A stretch of 64,000 bases of DNA from assembly GCA_035221665.1 (NCBI GenBank), contig CM069131.1:88536001-88600000 (forward strand). The letters are read 5' to 3'. Positions within the stretch are counted from its first letter, which is position 1, and the number at the start of each line of letters is the position of its first letter. The notes below the pieces were generated by a model, which ran no database searches, was not told the origin of the DNA, and was given only the letters and a program-made list of their open reading frames with translations. The DNA comes from Okamejei kenojei. Taxonomy: Eukaryota. This document shows, one piece after another, positions 53,344 through 64,000 of the stretch. The position numbers and the translations under genes are program-made.

Positions 53344-54314
53344 CTAGACTAAGTGGGACCCATTTGGTCCCTGTCACACAGGAGGCTTGGTCCCCAAAGC
53401 AATATTCCACCACTCACCCATAGCCGCCAACTGCACAGGCACAGCTCATTTCCCCTCCTCCCTAGCACTCTCTCCCCCTCCTCTTCGCCCTCCCTCTTCT
53501 TTCCCCTCTCCGCCTCTCCTTGCCAATCCCTCCCTCACCTCTCGAGGTTGCCCAGGATCCCGAGGTTGCTGCTCCTCTCCCTTCTTGCATGCCCTGGAGG
53601 AGCATCAGTCGTCAGCCTTGGATCCTTGGCTCGGTCCGGATGCACCAGTAGCTATGGCCGCCCTGCCATGTGGGTGGGGGGAGAGAGCTTGGAGAAAAGA
53701 CAGGGAAGAGCCATGGGTGAGAGGGGGATATCACGGGGAGGGAGGCAGGAGCCAGCGAGGGGAACCAGAGGGGAGGGGAAACCAGAGGGGAGGGGAAGGG
53801 GCTGGAGCTGCGGGGGATAGCGATGGCAGTGCATTTGGAACTCACTGCGGGCGCTGGACACTCTCCTCCACCGGGATCAGACTCTCTGCTTTCCGCTTGG
53901 CGACATCTCCGACTCCGCTCTGCGTCGCGCCTGGCCGCTTCCAGTCCCTCCGAAAATCATGTCCAGTTGGAGACATCCGCCGGCCACCCGCAGCGTCCCT
54001 CAGCTCCAGTAAAGACGTGATGGTACAGGAAGGGGCGGACCGTCCCGGGGAGTGACAGGGGAAGAGACCAATCCGTGTGGCGCTGACTGGCAGGAGAGAA
54101 GATCAATCTGCACACGCGCGGTTTTTACGATTTTTAAACCTGGCTAACTTTTACAATATACTACCAATCGGAATTGAACTTGTTGCACTCGCACACAGGA
54201 GAACCGTGAGTGAGCTGACGAAACATTGTCGAACTCTCACATACCGATTTTGCGCAAATAGAAAAACCACGCAAACCGGAAGAGCACAAGATCAGAGTTT
54301 TAGTTATGTATAGA
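53344..54314 (-). mobile_element. Non-autonomous Helitron (971 bp)
   Basis: Minus strand A|TC...CTAG|T with no TSD; subterminal hairpin gggacc cattt ggtccc about 10 nt from the 3' end. Confidence 0.82.
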
Positions 54315-55689
54315 TTACTTAAATAAAAATATGATGAACTTTGACTTTCAAGGTTTTAAACTGGCAGCTGAGATGCAATATCTAAATTAACTTTCTCACC
54401 CAGGATGAACATGATAGGCCAAGTGGCCCCATTCAGGGCTGTAAACATAAAGATTCGCATGATATTGTGACTCCAACCAAGAAGTTTATATATTTTGCAT
54501 TCTCGTCCAAAAGTGCAAGATAATTCTTCTCATTATTTTTACATGTAATTCTATAAAATCACATTGAGGGTTTGATCATGATATTCACCAACTACGACCC
54601 ATAACTGTATATTAATGCTTATTGAATGTTTTCTTTTCTCACACACAATGATTATCTAGATCATCCTGATCCGGTTATAAATCCCCACCGCGCATCAACT
54701 CATCAAAGGATAATTGTACCTGGAAGTCAATGCTGACAGTACACTTGCTCAAAAGTGAAATTCACTTTGTCAGAGAGTCGGTCACCTTTGTTTAAATGGT
54801 CTAATTTCAACTGAGACTAACATGTACAAGCCTAAGCTTTCCAGTGCTATCCAATTACTCTCACTGGATATGGAGGCGTGAAGACCTTTCAGTACATTTC
54901 AAAGTGGCATCATTTAAGCCTCAGAACAAGTTGTTGATCTCTCAAATGTGATTGCTCAAGGAAAATAGAAGGCTCGCGTTTATTCTGTTGTCATGCTTGT
55001 CCCCTCTATTGATACAATATTGTACTCATCATCATTTTTGCATTATTTTTTAAAAATAATACCTGCATAAAAATAGCACACATGAATGCAGTTCAAATAC
55101 ATAAGCATTTGATCATGAGATTCAACAATCACAAGTTTAACTCTCATTTATTTTTGTATGGCTTATGGCCATATTAACATTCAGTTTTTACAGAGACTAT
55201 GTTCATGCAAAATTGGCCAAATCAGAGAACAGTAGTTGGAAAGGTTTTAAAATAAGGTTGATTTTAATCTTCTGTGATATGATAGGCACCAAGTGTTTAA
55301 TTATCTGTTGAGCCGCAAATAGAACTCAACATTTATCAGCACTTCTAGACTTAGAATTGAAGGAGAATTGTTGGTGAAGCAGCTGAAGATATCTGAGCTG
55401 TTGGGAGTCAACCTGAGAAACCCCTGATATAAATGGTGTTAAATGCTTATTCTCCAACAATCACAATTCACACCGATCTGAGTGTACTTGGATGGTACAT
55501 TTGGTCAAATGCCGTATTGCGTCAAAGGCTGTCGTTCTTATACCTCTGAAATTCACCTCTTTTGACCATGTTTGGAGGAAGTCTGCAAGGAGGTTTGGAA
55601 TTGAGTGGTCACTTAGGAATTTCAACTCAAGATCAGTGGACAGATTATTGGGAGAAATTGATGCTTAAGGAGAGACCATGTTGCCTTTA

Positions 55690-55862
55690 ATGACTTTCAT
55701 AAATATTCAAAGTGGCAATTTTCTTAAGATAGACATATGGATATGCAGAGAATGGAGAAATGTGGATCACATACAGACAGAGGGATTTGTTTACTTTGTT
55801 TGGCATGGATATTCTGGGCTGAAAGGCCTATTCTTGTGATGCACTGTTCTATATTCTATATT
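55690..55862 (+). mobile_element. CR1 3'UTR remnant
   Basis: gggctgaaaggcctattcttgtg...tgttctatattctata. Confidence 0.55.
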
Positions 55863-56377
55863 CTTTTATGTGGTAGCCAATAGCCAGATTGAATTTGTTA
55901 TGTTCATTTGAGAAGCTGGAACCATAGATCCTAAGAACTTGGTGGGACCTAGAAATATGCAGTGCTTTCTAAGTAAGAAAACATCCAAAGGCATTTAGAG
56001 GTGCATTTTCAAACATACTTTTTTGTTAAAAATGGACTTTTGCCTTCCCAATATTTGGGAGATTTCTGTGGGACATTACCACTGCAAATTGGACTGACCA
56101 ATAAACCAACCAAGAAGAAGTCTGACAACTTTAGAAAGTAGAAAGGACATGACACGTGGTGGTGAGTATGAACTAGTTGGCATCAATGTACATGTCGAAA
56201 ATGACAGTGTGATTTCAAATGATAAATCTAAGAGATAGCAGGTAAATGAAAAAGAGGATGCAGCTAAGGCTAAATTCTCAGGGCAACATTAAAACTAACA
56301 GTGCATGGGAAGGATGAGAAGCCACTGAAGTTGATTCGCTGGCTACAAATGAACAGGTAACAGTGGATTGAGAGAAT

Positions 56378-56630
56378 GATAGACACAAAATGCTGGAGTA
56401 ACTCAGCAGGACAGACAGCATCTCTGGAGAGAAGGAATGGTTGACGTTTCGGGTCGAGACTTCTTCAGAAGGAATGGATGACGTTTCGGGTCGAGAAGGG
56501 TCTGAAGAAGGGTCTCGACCCGAAACATCACACATTCCTTCTCTCCAGAGATGCTGCCTGTCCCACTGACTTATTCCAGTATTTTGTGTCTATCTTTGCT
56601 TTAATCCAACATCTGCAGTTCCTTCATACA
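56378..56630. repeat. Fold-back Penelope tail (hairpin 56378-56594) with three hammerhead-like units at the apex
   Basis: gatagacacaaaatgctgga...cagcatctctggagagaaggaatg versus cattccttctctccagagatgctg...ttttgtgtctatc. Confidence 0.85.
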
Positions 56631-56881
56631 CAGTGGATTAAGGGAAATGTGTTTCCACAGGGCTAGACATCAGAAGAGCAGCAGTGCTGGAGAATGGAGT
56701 GGTCAGTCATGTTCAAGGCTGTTGAGAGGTCAATTAGGAGCTGGAGAGTTTCTGAGGTTGGGCTGTGATAATGGTGACCGTGAGTTGAAACAGTATGATA
56801 TGGGGCATCAATCTGCCCCTTTACTTGTTTTGGTAAAAATTTTTGTGAATGTTTGGTCTAAGGTGTTGCAAGAGGGGCTCC

Positions 56882-57121
56882 ACCAGCGATCACCTGGCAT
56901 TATCCTACACACGTGGAACTATTTTACAATTAACTGATGCCAATTAACCTACAGACTTGTATGTCTTTGGAGTGTGGTAGGAAACCGGATCACCTGGAGA
57001 AAACCCAAGGGGTCATAGGGAAATTGTAGAAACTCCGTACAGACAGCACCTGTAGTCAGGATCGAACCCGGGTCTCTTGCACTGTAAGGCAGCAACTCTA
57101 CCGTTGTTCCACTGTGTCACC
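56882..57121 (-). mobile_element. V-SINE (HE1-like)
   Basis: gtcaggatcgaacccgggtctc (B-box reverse complement) plus V-domain. Confidence 0.8.
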
Positions 57122-57438
57122 CTCCTTTTTTGTGGTGCTCTATCCCCTGTACCATTCAAATGCTATCATTTTAATTTGTTCTTCTGTTGTAAAAATTCCT
57201 TTCAAAAAATAAAATCTACCAAAGGTGAACATATAAATGAACCAAAACTAATTTCCTTTATGTCAGTTTGCAGATTGCATGATAAGGCTGTTTAACTTTG
57301 AAAATTATACTCAGGACAAAGGTCGGTATCACAGTCTTGAAAATAATGAACCTTGAAGGAATGCTAAACAGCTAAAAGTTGTTAATGCAGTCAATTATTA
57401 CTAAAGTTGCCAAAGTTTTCCTGTATTCTATTCTATCA

Positions 57439-58228
57439 CTAGACTAAGTGGGACCCATTGGGTCCCAGCTTCACACGAGAGGGCTTGTCCCCCAACATAA
57501 TATTCCATCTCTCCACCAATTCCAGTTTTGTGGGGGGGGGGGGGGCTTTCTGGAGTGCTAGCATGGGTGTTGTGGGCCAAAGGGACGTTTCCAGAGGGCT
57601 AGTATGGGCATTGTGGGCCAATTGGATTCTTGGGCTGGCTGCTCAGTCACTCAGGCCTGGCAGCTCAGTAACAAGCCTGGCAGGCTGGCAGCTCGGAAAC
57701 AGCCAGAAATTCTGCCGAAAACAGGTGAGAGACTGTGAGAGAGAAAGGGGAGAGGGTGGACTATCAATTTTAGACATTTTCATCTTTTTTTACAGTTGCA
57801 AAAGGCACACAGTTGCAAAAGGCACACAGTTGCAATAGCCACACAGTTGCACAGGGCACAGTTTAAAAACACATGAAGGGCACTCACAGGTCAGTATTCT
57901 CAGTGTTCTGTAGATTTCCAGCTCAGACTGCGAGTCGTGACCCTCTCCCTCCCCCATCTTGCAGAGACTGAGCCACGCTTCTGGGTTTTATAGCTCGCCC
58001 CCCGGAAGGGGCATGGCCTTCATAGTGTGATTGATAGGAGAGAGAATCTCAACATTTTTTAAACATTAATAAGTCTTTAATTTTTATTGATGGGAAAAAT
58101 CATCTGGCCCTGAAAGCTGGAGGGTGACTGAGTAAGGTGGCCAAAAATCGCAGCCGTAAGTGATCCCGTTTTTTCTAAAATTAATATACAGTGCAAACTG
58201 GTCAAGTTTAGACTTTTAATTATATAGA
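57439..58228 (-). mobile_element. Non-autonomous Helitron (790 bp), different interior from the 53344 copy
   Basis: A|TC...CTAG|T; perfect hairpin GGGACCC-att-GGGTCCC 57450-57466; same 3' terminus as the 53344 copy; internal tandem cacagttgcaaaaggca at ~57790-57862. Confidence 0.82.
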
Positions 58229-58294
58229 TAAATCTTGGCCACCTACTTTCCATTCCACCTTATTATTTGGAAACAAATTAATGTTGGATTTTAC

Positions 58295-58478
58295 TCACGG
58301 GCATTTTTCAGCATGTTGAAAAATACCTAGCTGAGGCCTCGAGTACGCGGGGACTACTCTCGAGCATGAACGAGAGTTACAAAGACCTCCTAGGACCTCA
58401 TGTCGACAATGCTGCGAGTATGAGTCGAGGGCAAACTCAAACTCGCCAATTAGGTCGCCGCAGTGGGACAACCCCTTT
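58295..58478 (-). mobile_element. Partial PIF/Harbinger-like non-autonomous element
   Basis: Ends in cagtgggacaacccc (reverse complement GGGGTTGTCCCACTG); palindrome tttttcagcatgttgaaaaa as at ~7265. Confidence 0.45.
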
Positions 58479-58914
58479 AGGTTCAACATTTTCATGATTT
58501 CAGCTGGCAAAGATTATCAAACCAGATAAAGTATTTATAATGTCCTAAAATAATGAATTCCTTTTGTCAGGAATTGTCTAGGTAGGTTCCCGTGGGTCCT
58601 CAATCGGCAGCGGGCTAGTCGGGCGGGTTCCGGTCCTTGGTGCGAGTCCTCTGTCTGTGCCGGGCAAGTCCCCAGTCTACGTGCTGTGGCTTGCCTCAGG
58701 ATACTCCAGGGGTGTGCCAGGCACATCTCCTCGCTCTGCAGCCGCCCAGGCCCGGTCCCGGTCAGCTCCACGTCGGCAGCTAGGCCCGGTCCAGTACAGC
58801 TGTGCAGTGCTCACCAGGAACTCCCTTCTGTGCTGGTGCAGCGCTTGCCGGAAGCTTCCTTAAGTCCCACAGATTAAAAGCATGAAACCAGCCCTCTAAC
58901 CAAATAATAACCTT

Positions 58915-60320
58915 AATAACCTTTTGTTTGACTCCTCCCATTTCCTCCAAATCCAAGGTTTAGCTATGGGCACGCACATGGGCCCCAGCTATGCCTGCCT
59001 ATTCGTAGGGTACGTCGAACAATCCTTGTTCGAGATGTACCCGGGCCACATCCCTGACCTCTACATCAATGATCGCATTGGTGTCACCTCTTGCACCCAC
59101 ACACAACTCACTGACTTCATCCGCTTCACCACTAACGTCCATCTGGCACTCAAATACACCTGGACCATTTCCGACACATCCCAACCATTTCTTGACCTCA
59201 CTATCTCCATCGCAGGTGATAGACTTCTGACCGACATCCACCATAAACCCACTGACCCATGGCTATCTAGACTACACTTCTTCCCACCCTGCTTCCTGTA
59301 AGGACTCCATCCCCTACTCCCAATTCCTCCATCTACGCCGCATCTGCTCCCAGGATGAGGTGTTCCACACCAGGGCATCGGAAATGGCCTCTTTCTTCAG
59401 GGAACGGGGGTTCCCCTCCCCTACTATAGATGAGGCTCTCAGTGGGGTCTCTTCAATACGCAACACTGTTTTCTCTCCCTATCCCCCCACTCGCAACAAG
59501 GGCAAAGGCCCCCTAGTCCTCACCTTTCACCCCACTAGCCGTCACATACAACAAATAGTCCCCCGTCATTTTCGCCACCTCCAACGTGACCCCACCATTC
59601 GCCACATCTTCCCATCTCCCCCCGTCTGCTTTCCGCAAAGACCGCTCCCTCCGTAACTCCCTGGTCAATTATTTCCTTCCCTCCCGCACTACCCCCTCCC
59701 CGGCCACTTTCCCTTGCAACCGCAAGAGATGCTACACTTGTCGCTTTACCTCCCCCCTCAACTCCATTCAAGGACCCAAGCAGTCGTTCCAGGTGCGACA
59801 GAGGTTCACCTGCACCTCCTCCAACCTCATCTATTGCATCCGCTGCTCTAGATGTCAGCTGATCTGCATCGGTGAGAACAAGCATAGGCTTGGCGATCGT
59901 TTCGCCGATCACCTCCGCTCGGTCCGCATTAACCAACCTGATCTCCCTGTGGCTCAGCACTACAATTCCCCTTTCCATTCCGAATCTGACCTTTCTGTCC
60001 TGGGCCTCCTCCATGGCCAGAGTGAGCACCACTGGAAATTGGAGGAGCAGCACCTCATATTACGCTTGGGCAGTTTGCACCCTAGCGGCATGAACATTGA
60101 CTTCTCCAATTTCGGGTAGCCCTTGCTGTCTCCTCCCCTTCTCAGCTCTGCCTCGGCCCTCTGGCTCCTCCTCTTCCTTCTTCTCCCCCCCCCCCCCCCC
60201 CCCCCCCCCCCCACCCACCCTACATCAGTCTGAGGAAGGGTTTTGGCCCGAAACGTTGCCTATTTCCTTCTCTCCATAGATGCTGCTGCACCCGCTGAGT
60301 TTCTCCAGCACTTTTGTCAA
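58915..60320 (+). mobile_element. Penelope-like element (RT C-terminal part, GIY-YIG, hammerhead-like tail), frameshifted
   Basis: HFLQIQGLAMGTHMGPSYACLFVG, PFLDL, TDIHHKPTD, IYCIRCSRCQLICIGE; CTGAGGA...GAAAC at 60230-60254. Confidence 0.92.
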
Positions 60321-60584
60321 TCAAATAATAGAGACCAGGTGAGATCACTCACAACCACATTTTCTCTCTTTACCACCTCCATCTTCATCTCCATTCATCC
60401 TCTCCTTCACTGACATCCTCTCATTCTTTATATCCTTGCATAATGTCTTCCTTCTTCCCTCTCTCCTCCTCTTTCTAATCTCTGGACCTTCCCCTTTCTC
60501 GTGTTTTATCTCTCTCACATTCCTCTATGGCACTCTGCCCTTTCCTCCCAGAATGATTCACAAACATAATCTCCAATTTTCAGA

Positions 60585-60715
60585 GTCATGGATATGGTTT
60601 TGAGGAATATGGGCCAAATGCAGGCAGGTGGGATCAGTGATGATGGGGCATCTTGGTCAGCATGGACAAGATGGGCCAAATGACCTGTTTCCATGCTATA
60701 TGACTATGATTCTGT
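60585..60715 (+). mobile_element. CR1 3'UTR remnant
   Basis: tatgggccaaatgcaggcaggtggga...cctgtttccatgctatatgactatgattct. Confidence 0.6.
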
Positions 60716-61557
60716 GAACATAGAAATAATGCAAATGTATTAAAGTATAAATGCATCAATCACATGGGCATGGGATTTTAAGGTTTTTTTTTTTTGCACT
60801 GCTTTGGATTGCACTGCAATCTTTGCACCATTCTGCTGTTTCGCATTCATTGTTATGTATATTGTTGTATCTATCATTACCATGTATACTGTTTACTCTA
60901 TGAGCTTCATGCGAACAAGAAATTTCACTGCACCCTGGTGTATGTGACAATAAACTAAGACGATCTGATCTGATCAGTTGTCAGACAAGAATAAAGTATT
61001 CACCTTGCTTCAGGTTCAGCTGTACAATTGTTACTATGGTAGTGAGAATGTAACAGCATTCCCTTCTTTGTTCACAAACCAACCCCAAACATGGAACAAT
61101 AGTTTTGAAACACCAGAGAAGTTGAAACTTTGCTTCTTGAATGAACAGTAGCTTTCTCAGCTTAAGGATATCGAAGTAGTTGATGTCTACCAGTTCAGGA
61201 TAAAAGGAAGCAGGCAAGAACTTTATGACCACATTAACAAGGCATCTGCTGGTGGGTTTCGTCTTGTGATTAATGATCCATTAAACATACCCTAAACTCT
61301 GGTACACATATAGAGTCCATGAGAGATAGGTTACTTGAAGGTTGTAACTTTTATTTCAAAGACCTTGGCAAACTTACTGTTGTTTACTTCCTTAAAAACA
61401 CACAATGGCATGAATGACATTGAAATGCAATATTGCTACCTGGTGTGAATTATGTTAGTAAAATTAAATTGATCTGATTAAACAAGTCTCTTTCCCTTCA
61501 CAAATATTTTTAGCAATGCATACTATAAATGAGCATAGACTGTATTTAACTTCTTAC

Positions 61558-61605
61558 TATTCTAGGGCAATCCAAAATGGAATTCAAAGTGAGGCAGGTT
61601 CCCAT
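61558..61605 (-). CDS. PPARGC1A: Candidate alternative first exon of PPARGC1A (exon 1b-like, MGTCLTLNSILDCPRI)
   Basis: ATG...AGA ATA|GTAAGA, 48 nt, phase 0 and so compatible with exon 2. LNSILD resembles mammalian exon 1b MDSILK. Preceded by TATA, CRE half-sites and an E-box. Confidence 0.5.
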
Positions 61606-61730
61606 GACTTTATTGCACGACAGCAGTAATATTATATCTGTCAGCCAGTCGTCATAACAAGGCTGACTATCGACGCCACAGGACCTCGTCATTACCCTTG
61701 GCTTTTGCCAGTTCTCCCAGCTGTCCGTCC
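61606..61730 (-). promoter_or_regulatory. Candidate alternative (distal) PPARGC1A promoter
   Basis: TATAAT 61636-61631, TGACG half-CREs at 61650-61654 and 61687-61691, E-box CAGCTG 61718-61723, in non-repetitive DNA. Confidence 0.5.
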
Positions 61731-62849
61731 CAATGTTGTACTGCATGATTTATATTGCAGTGAACCAGGGCTGGATATTCTGCTCCAGATTACCTTCACA
61801 ACTATTTTGTTTTGGATTTGTTTTATGAATCCCTCATAATGCCTGTTAGATAAGAGCCTTTTTGTAGTGCAACATTCATTGGCGGTTGTAGTTACAGTCA
61901 GTTTGGCTAGAACAGGTTAATGGGGTTAACTCTGAGGCATTAATTTACACAGGCACAGCAGCGAAAATAAATGCAGAGTTTGTTTTGCCACCAAGCCACT
62001 AACTATATTCTTGTAACATCTCTCTCCTCACTTAGCTAGTGGAATTCAATAGTTCAGAATCCAGGTAAAGAAAACATGACACGGTTGTGAATGTGACGTG
62101 AAACATGGCTCCCTTAAGATGCCATTTTTTTTCTACTGGCAATATTCATACCTTTTGTTTTGGAGATCCATATGCTAGCAGAATATTTAGATATATAAAA
62201 CAGAGACCTGCCATTAACAATGGAACTTTTGAATGTTTACCAGTGGGTAATCTTCAGCTACTTACAGAGTTTTATTTTATTGATGTAGCTTTAATTCCAC
62301 AAATCTTTGGTTGGAATTAATTTTTTAATAAAAACATTCTCTTCTGTTTTTCTGAAACTTTATGCAGTTCCATATATATGTTATAAGGTCAAATGGTACA
62401 GAAATAGGCCCTAGGTCTAACAAGTCCCTCCCAGCTATTTTTTCTCCCCATGCTCTCATTTACTCCCCCCAGATTCAATACACACCTACATACTCAGGGC
62501 AATTTACAGTGGCCAATTAAACTATCAAACCACATGTCCTTGGGAAGTAGGGACACAAGAACATAGAATACAGCACAGAAATGGGCCCTTCGGCCCACCA
62601 TATCCGTGCCGAACATGATATTGTTAAATTAGTCTCCTCCGCCTGCACATGGTAAATATCCCTACATTCCTTGCATATTTATGTGCTTATCTAAAAGCCT
62701 CTTAATTGTCACTGTTACATCTGCCACACAATACTTCAAATGCAGTCTAACCAAAGTTTTATAAAACTGTAACATAACCTCCTGATTCTTGTACTTAAAT
62801 TCCTTACTGATAAATCAGTAAGCTGCTTGGTACCAAGGAACTGGTACCA

Positions 62850-63444
62850 AGGTACCAAGGAACTGATTGTGGACCTCGGGAGGGGTAGGATGGGGACCCA
62901 CAGTCCCATTTACAACAACGGGTCAATGATCGAAAGGGTCAAGATCTTCAAATTCCTGGGCATGCATATTGCCGAAGATCTCTCCTGGTCCCAGAACACT
63001 GATGCAATCACAAAGAAAGCACATCAGCGCTTCTACTTCCTGAGAAGATTACGGAGAATCGGTCTGTCAAGGAGGACTCTCTTGAACTTCTACAGGTGCA
63101 CAGTAGAGCGCATGCTGACCGGTTACATCGTGGCTTGGTACGGCAACTTGAGCATCCAGGAGTGGAAAAGGCTGCAAAAAGTTGTAAACACTGCCCAGTC
63201 CATCATCGGCTCTGACCTCCCCACCATCGAGGGGATCTATCGCAGTTGCCACCTCAAAAAAGTCTGCCAACATCATCAAGGACCCACACTATCCTGGCCA
63301 CACACTCATCTCTCCGCTGCCATCAGGAAGAAGGTACTGGAGACTGAAATCTGCAACAGCTTCCCTACAGCCATCAGACTATTAAACACAACTTCAAACA
63401 AACTCTGAACTATAACAGCCTATTGCAATGTATCTGTTTATTGA

Positions 63445-63511
<67 letters not shown>

Positions 63512-63618
63512 ACACACTGATCTGGTCTGTATTTATGACCACAATATTCTGTTGTGCTGCAGCGATGCAAGAATTTAATTGTCCTATCTGGGACACATGA
63601 CAATAAACTCTCTTGAGT
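62850..63618 (+). mobile_element. Rex/Babar-type LINE 3' fragment
   Basis: TKELIVD, FKFLGMHIAEDLSWS, KAHQRFYFLRRLRR; 3' stem-loop, tgacaataaa and tcttga repeats. Confidence 0.85.
63453..63509. repeat. (TA)n microsatellite
   Basis: Read directly. Confidence 0.95.
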
Positions 63619-64000
63619 CTTGCATCTAAAGACAAGCATACCATGCTTCTATACCATTCTATCTATGTGTTGCCACTTGGGGGGAGATATGAACTTGGTC
63701 CCCAAGATCGCTCTGTACATCAAAGCTGTTTAGGGTCTTGTCATTAACTGTATTCTTTCCCCTTACATCCTTACATTCAACCTCCCAAAGTGCAACAGCT
63801 CACTCATTTGGGGTGAAACCCAAGTAACATACTTAAGTGTACAATTTACTGCAACTAACAGCTTTGTTGTTGTGGTAAACTCCTGAAACAACCATTAAGT
63901 GTATGAATAAACAGAATGCTGTTTCCATATATAGTCACAGCAGAAGTGCAAATTATTTGTTTTCTAAATCACATTACATCTTAATAAACATAGTTAATGG

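Larger units (their letters stand above)
62395..63810 (-). mobile_element. V-SINE tail and CR1 fragments, interrupted by a Rex/Babar LINE
   Basis: CR1 3' end at ~62560 (aacatagaatacagcacagaaatgggcccttcggccc); CR1 text resumes at ~63630-63810. Confidence 0.6.

Noticed and set aside
57790-57862. CRISPR-like repeat array
   Set aside because: Head-to-tail ~17-bp minisatellite with no unique spacers and no cas genes.
61504-61513. MEF2-like CTAAAAATAT just inside the intron after the candidate exon 1b
   Set aside because: One mismatch to consensus in AT-rich DNA; not distinguishable from chance.

Overview
Vertebrate genomic DNA; the repeat content (HE1-type V-SINEs, CR1, Penelope-like elements) points to a cartilaginous fish, probably a skate or ray. 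The window holds the 5' part of PPARGC1A (PGC-1alpha) on the minus strand: proximal promoter and 5'UTR (~50780-51030), exon 1 CDS (50732-50779), exon 2 (47037-47216), a 44.7 kb intron 2, exon 3 (2156-2350) and exon 4 (1652-1774). All junctions are GT-AG and phase 0; downstream exons lie left of the window. The rest is intronic or upstream DNA dense in transposons: Penelope-like elements with hammerhead-ribozyme-like tails, a decayed Gypsy element with nested LINEs, a 2.1 kb non-autonomous LTR element, two non-autonomous Helitrons, RTE, Rex/Babar and CR1 LINEs and about ten V-SINEs, plus one 178-N gap. Most interesting: (1) PPARGC1A 5'UTR uORFs that run through a (TG)n microsatellite, so repeat length sets whether the uORF overlaps the main AUG; (2) a candidate alternative promoter and first exon 10.8 kb upstream resembling mammalian exon 1b; (3) dispersed, often fold-back, minimal hammerhead motifs; (4) a Helitron carrying what looks like a captured promoter and first exon. 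Homology statements come from my recall of known sequences, not from database searches, and TE boundaries without target-site duplications are approximate.
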